DNA of 64,000 bases from contig CM120645.1 of assembly GCA_051362555.1 (NCBI GenBank), positions 4,030,001 to 4,094,000 of the forward strand, in the 5' to 3' direction. This document shows, in pieces, positions 63,405 through 64,000 of the stretch (positions are counted from its first letter, which is position 1; every line of letters starts with the position of its first letter). Below the pieces are notes generated by a model. That model was not told where the DNA came from, did not search any database, and worked only from the letters and a program-made list of their open reading frames with translations. The translations under genes were made by a program, and so were the position numbers. Source of the stretch: Lingula anatina (lineage: Eukaryota; Animalia; Brachiopoda).

Positions 63405-64000
63405 GTAAGAATAATCGTATATCAACAGTTAAGGTATTTTAACCTGCCCCCATCCGAGCAGGCCTTCACAATCCGTTGACGTATATATTATCTTTATTCT
63501 TTGGTTCACTTTTTGCAAATGAACACTTTCCGATGCGGATTCTGTTAGGTCCGGATTTGTAGTTTTCCACTGAATATGAAATGGACGTGACGAATGTTCC
63601 GTGCAAAAATACATATACTAGTACCCGTGGATCTCAAAGATTTCTCCCTTTATTAAAATGATTGTCCTGCCACATGTACCTACATACAGGGGAGGGGGGG
63701 GTCCAGAAGTAAGTTGAGTACGTGGGTAAGTCAATGATATTTAATTTCTTTTCTTGTGAAATTACCAGACGTATATTCTAAATAACATGTTCATGGAGAA
63801 ACTGCGCCCTGGGGTTTCTTAATTGGCGCAATTTATACACACTAAAATCAGGGCATTCAATAGCTCAGTACATTGGTCATATTTTTGAAAAATCGACATG
63901 TCATATTTTCCAGTGTTCATTTCACGCTTTTCAAATGATCGAGATGCATGTTCTGACATATTTTAATTTCTCTTTTTTTCTTTATATTATCTACATGTAG

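Noticed and set aside
1-64000. tRNA, rRNA or prokaryotic operon features
   Set aside because: None recognised by eye; all genes have spliceosomal introns. A covariance-model scan was not run.

Overview
AT-rich, intron-containing animal genomic DNA, most likely from a marine invertebrate such as a mollusc (inferred from the repeat families and CpG pattern). Most ORF-track entries are single exons or noise, so genes were rebuilt by hand from splice sites and reading phase. The window contains: (1) the 3' 29 coding exons of an ANKRD26/CCDC144-like coiled-coil gene (+, 1-19882), with two candidate in-frame microexons (9 and 12 nt, together one heptad); (2) a Fem-1-like ankyrin-repeat gene with an intronless CDS and an N-myristoylation motif (-, 22442-23431); (3) three ABCA-family transporter paralogs: copy A (-, 25019-37957, 20 exons, ~1719 aa), copy B (+, 45608-57425, 20 exons, ~1718 aa) and copy C (+, 60781 to window end, a recent inverted duplicate of A). 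The main observation is that both complete ABCA copies have intact reading frames yet carry substitutions in both composite ATPase sites, while copies A and C diverge mainly in patches of extracellular domain 1. This suggests an expanding, catalytically altered ABCA subfamily (inference). Non-genic features include a near-perfect 259-bp palindromic Harbinger-type MITE, a Helitron/Helentron-like repeat rich in AGGTCA half-sites, a decayed DDE_Tnp_4 transposase, a LINE 3' fragment nested in a MITE, a stop-interrupted PAN/apple-domain exon missed by the ORF track, minisatellites and a sharp CpG-content boundary near 21.3 kb.
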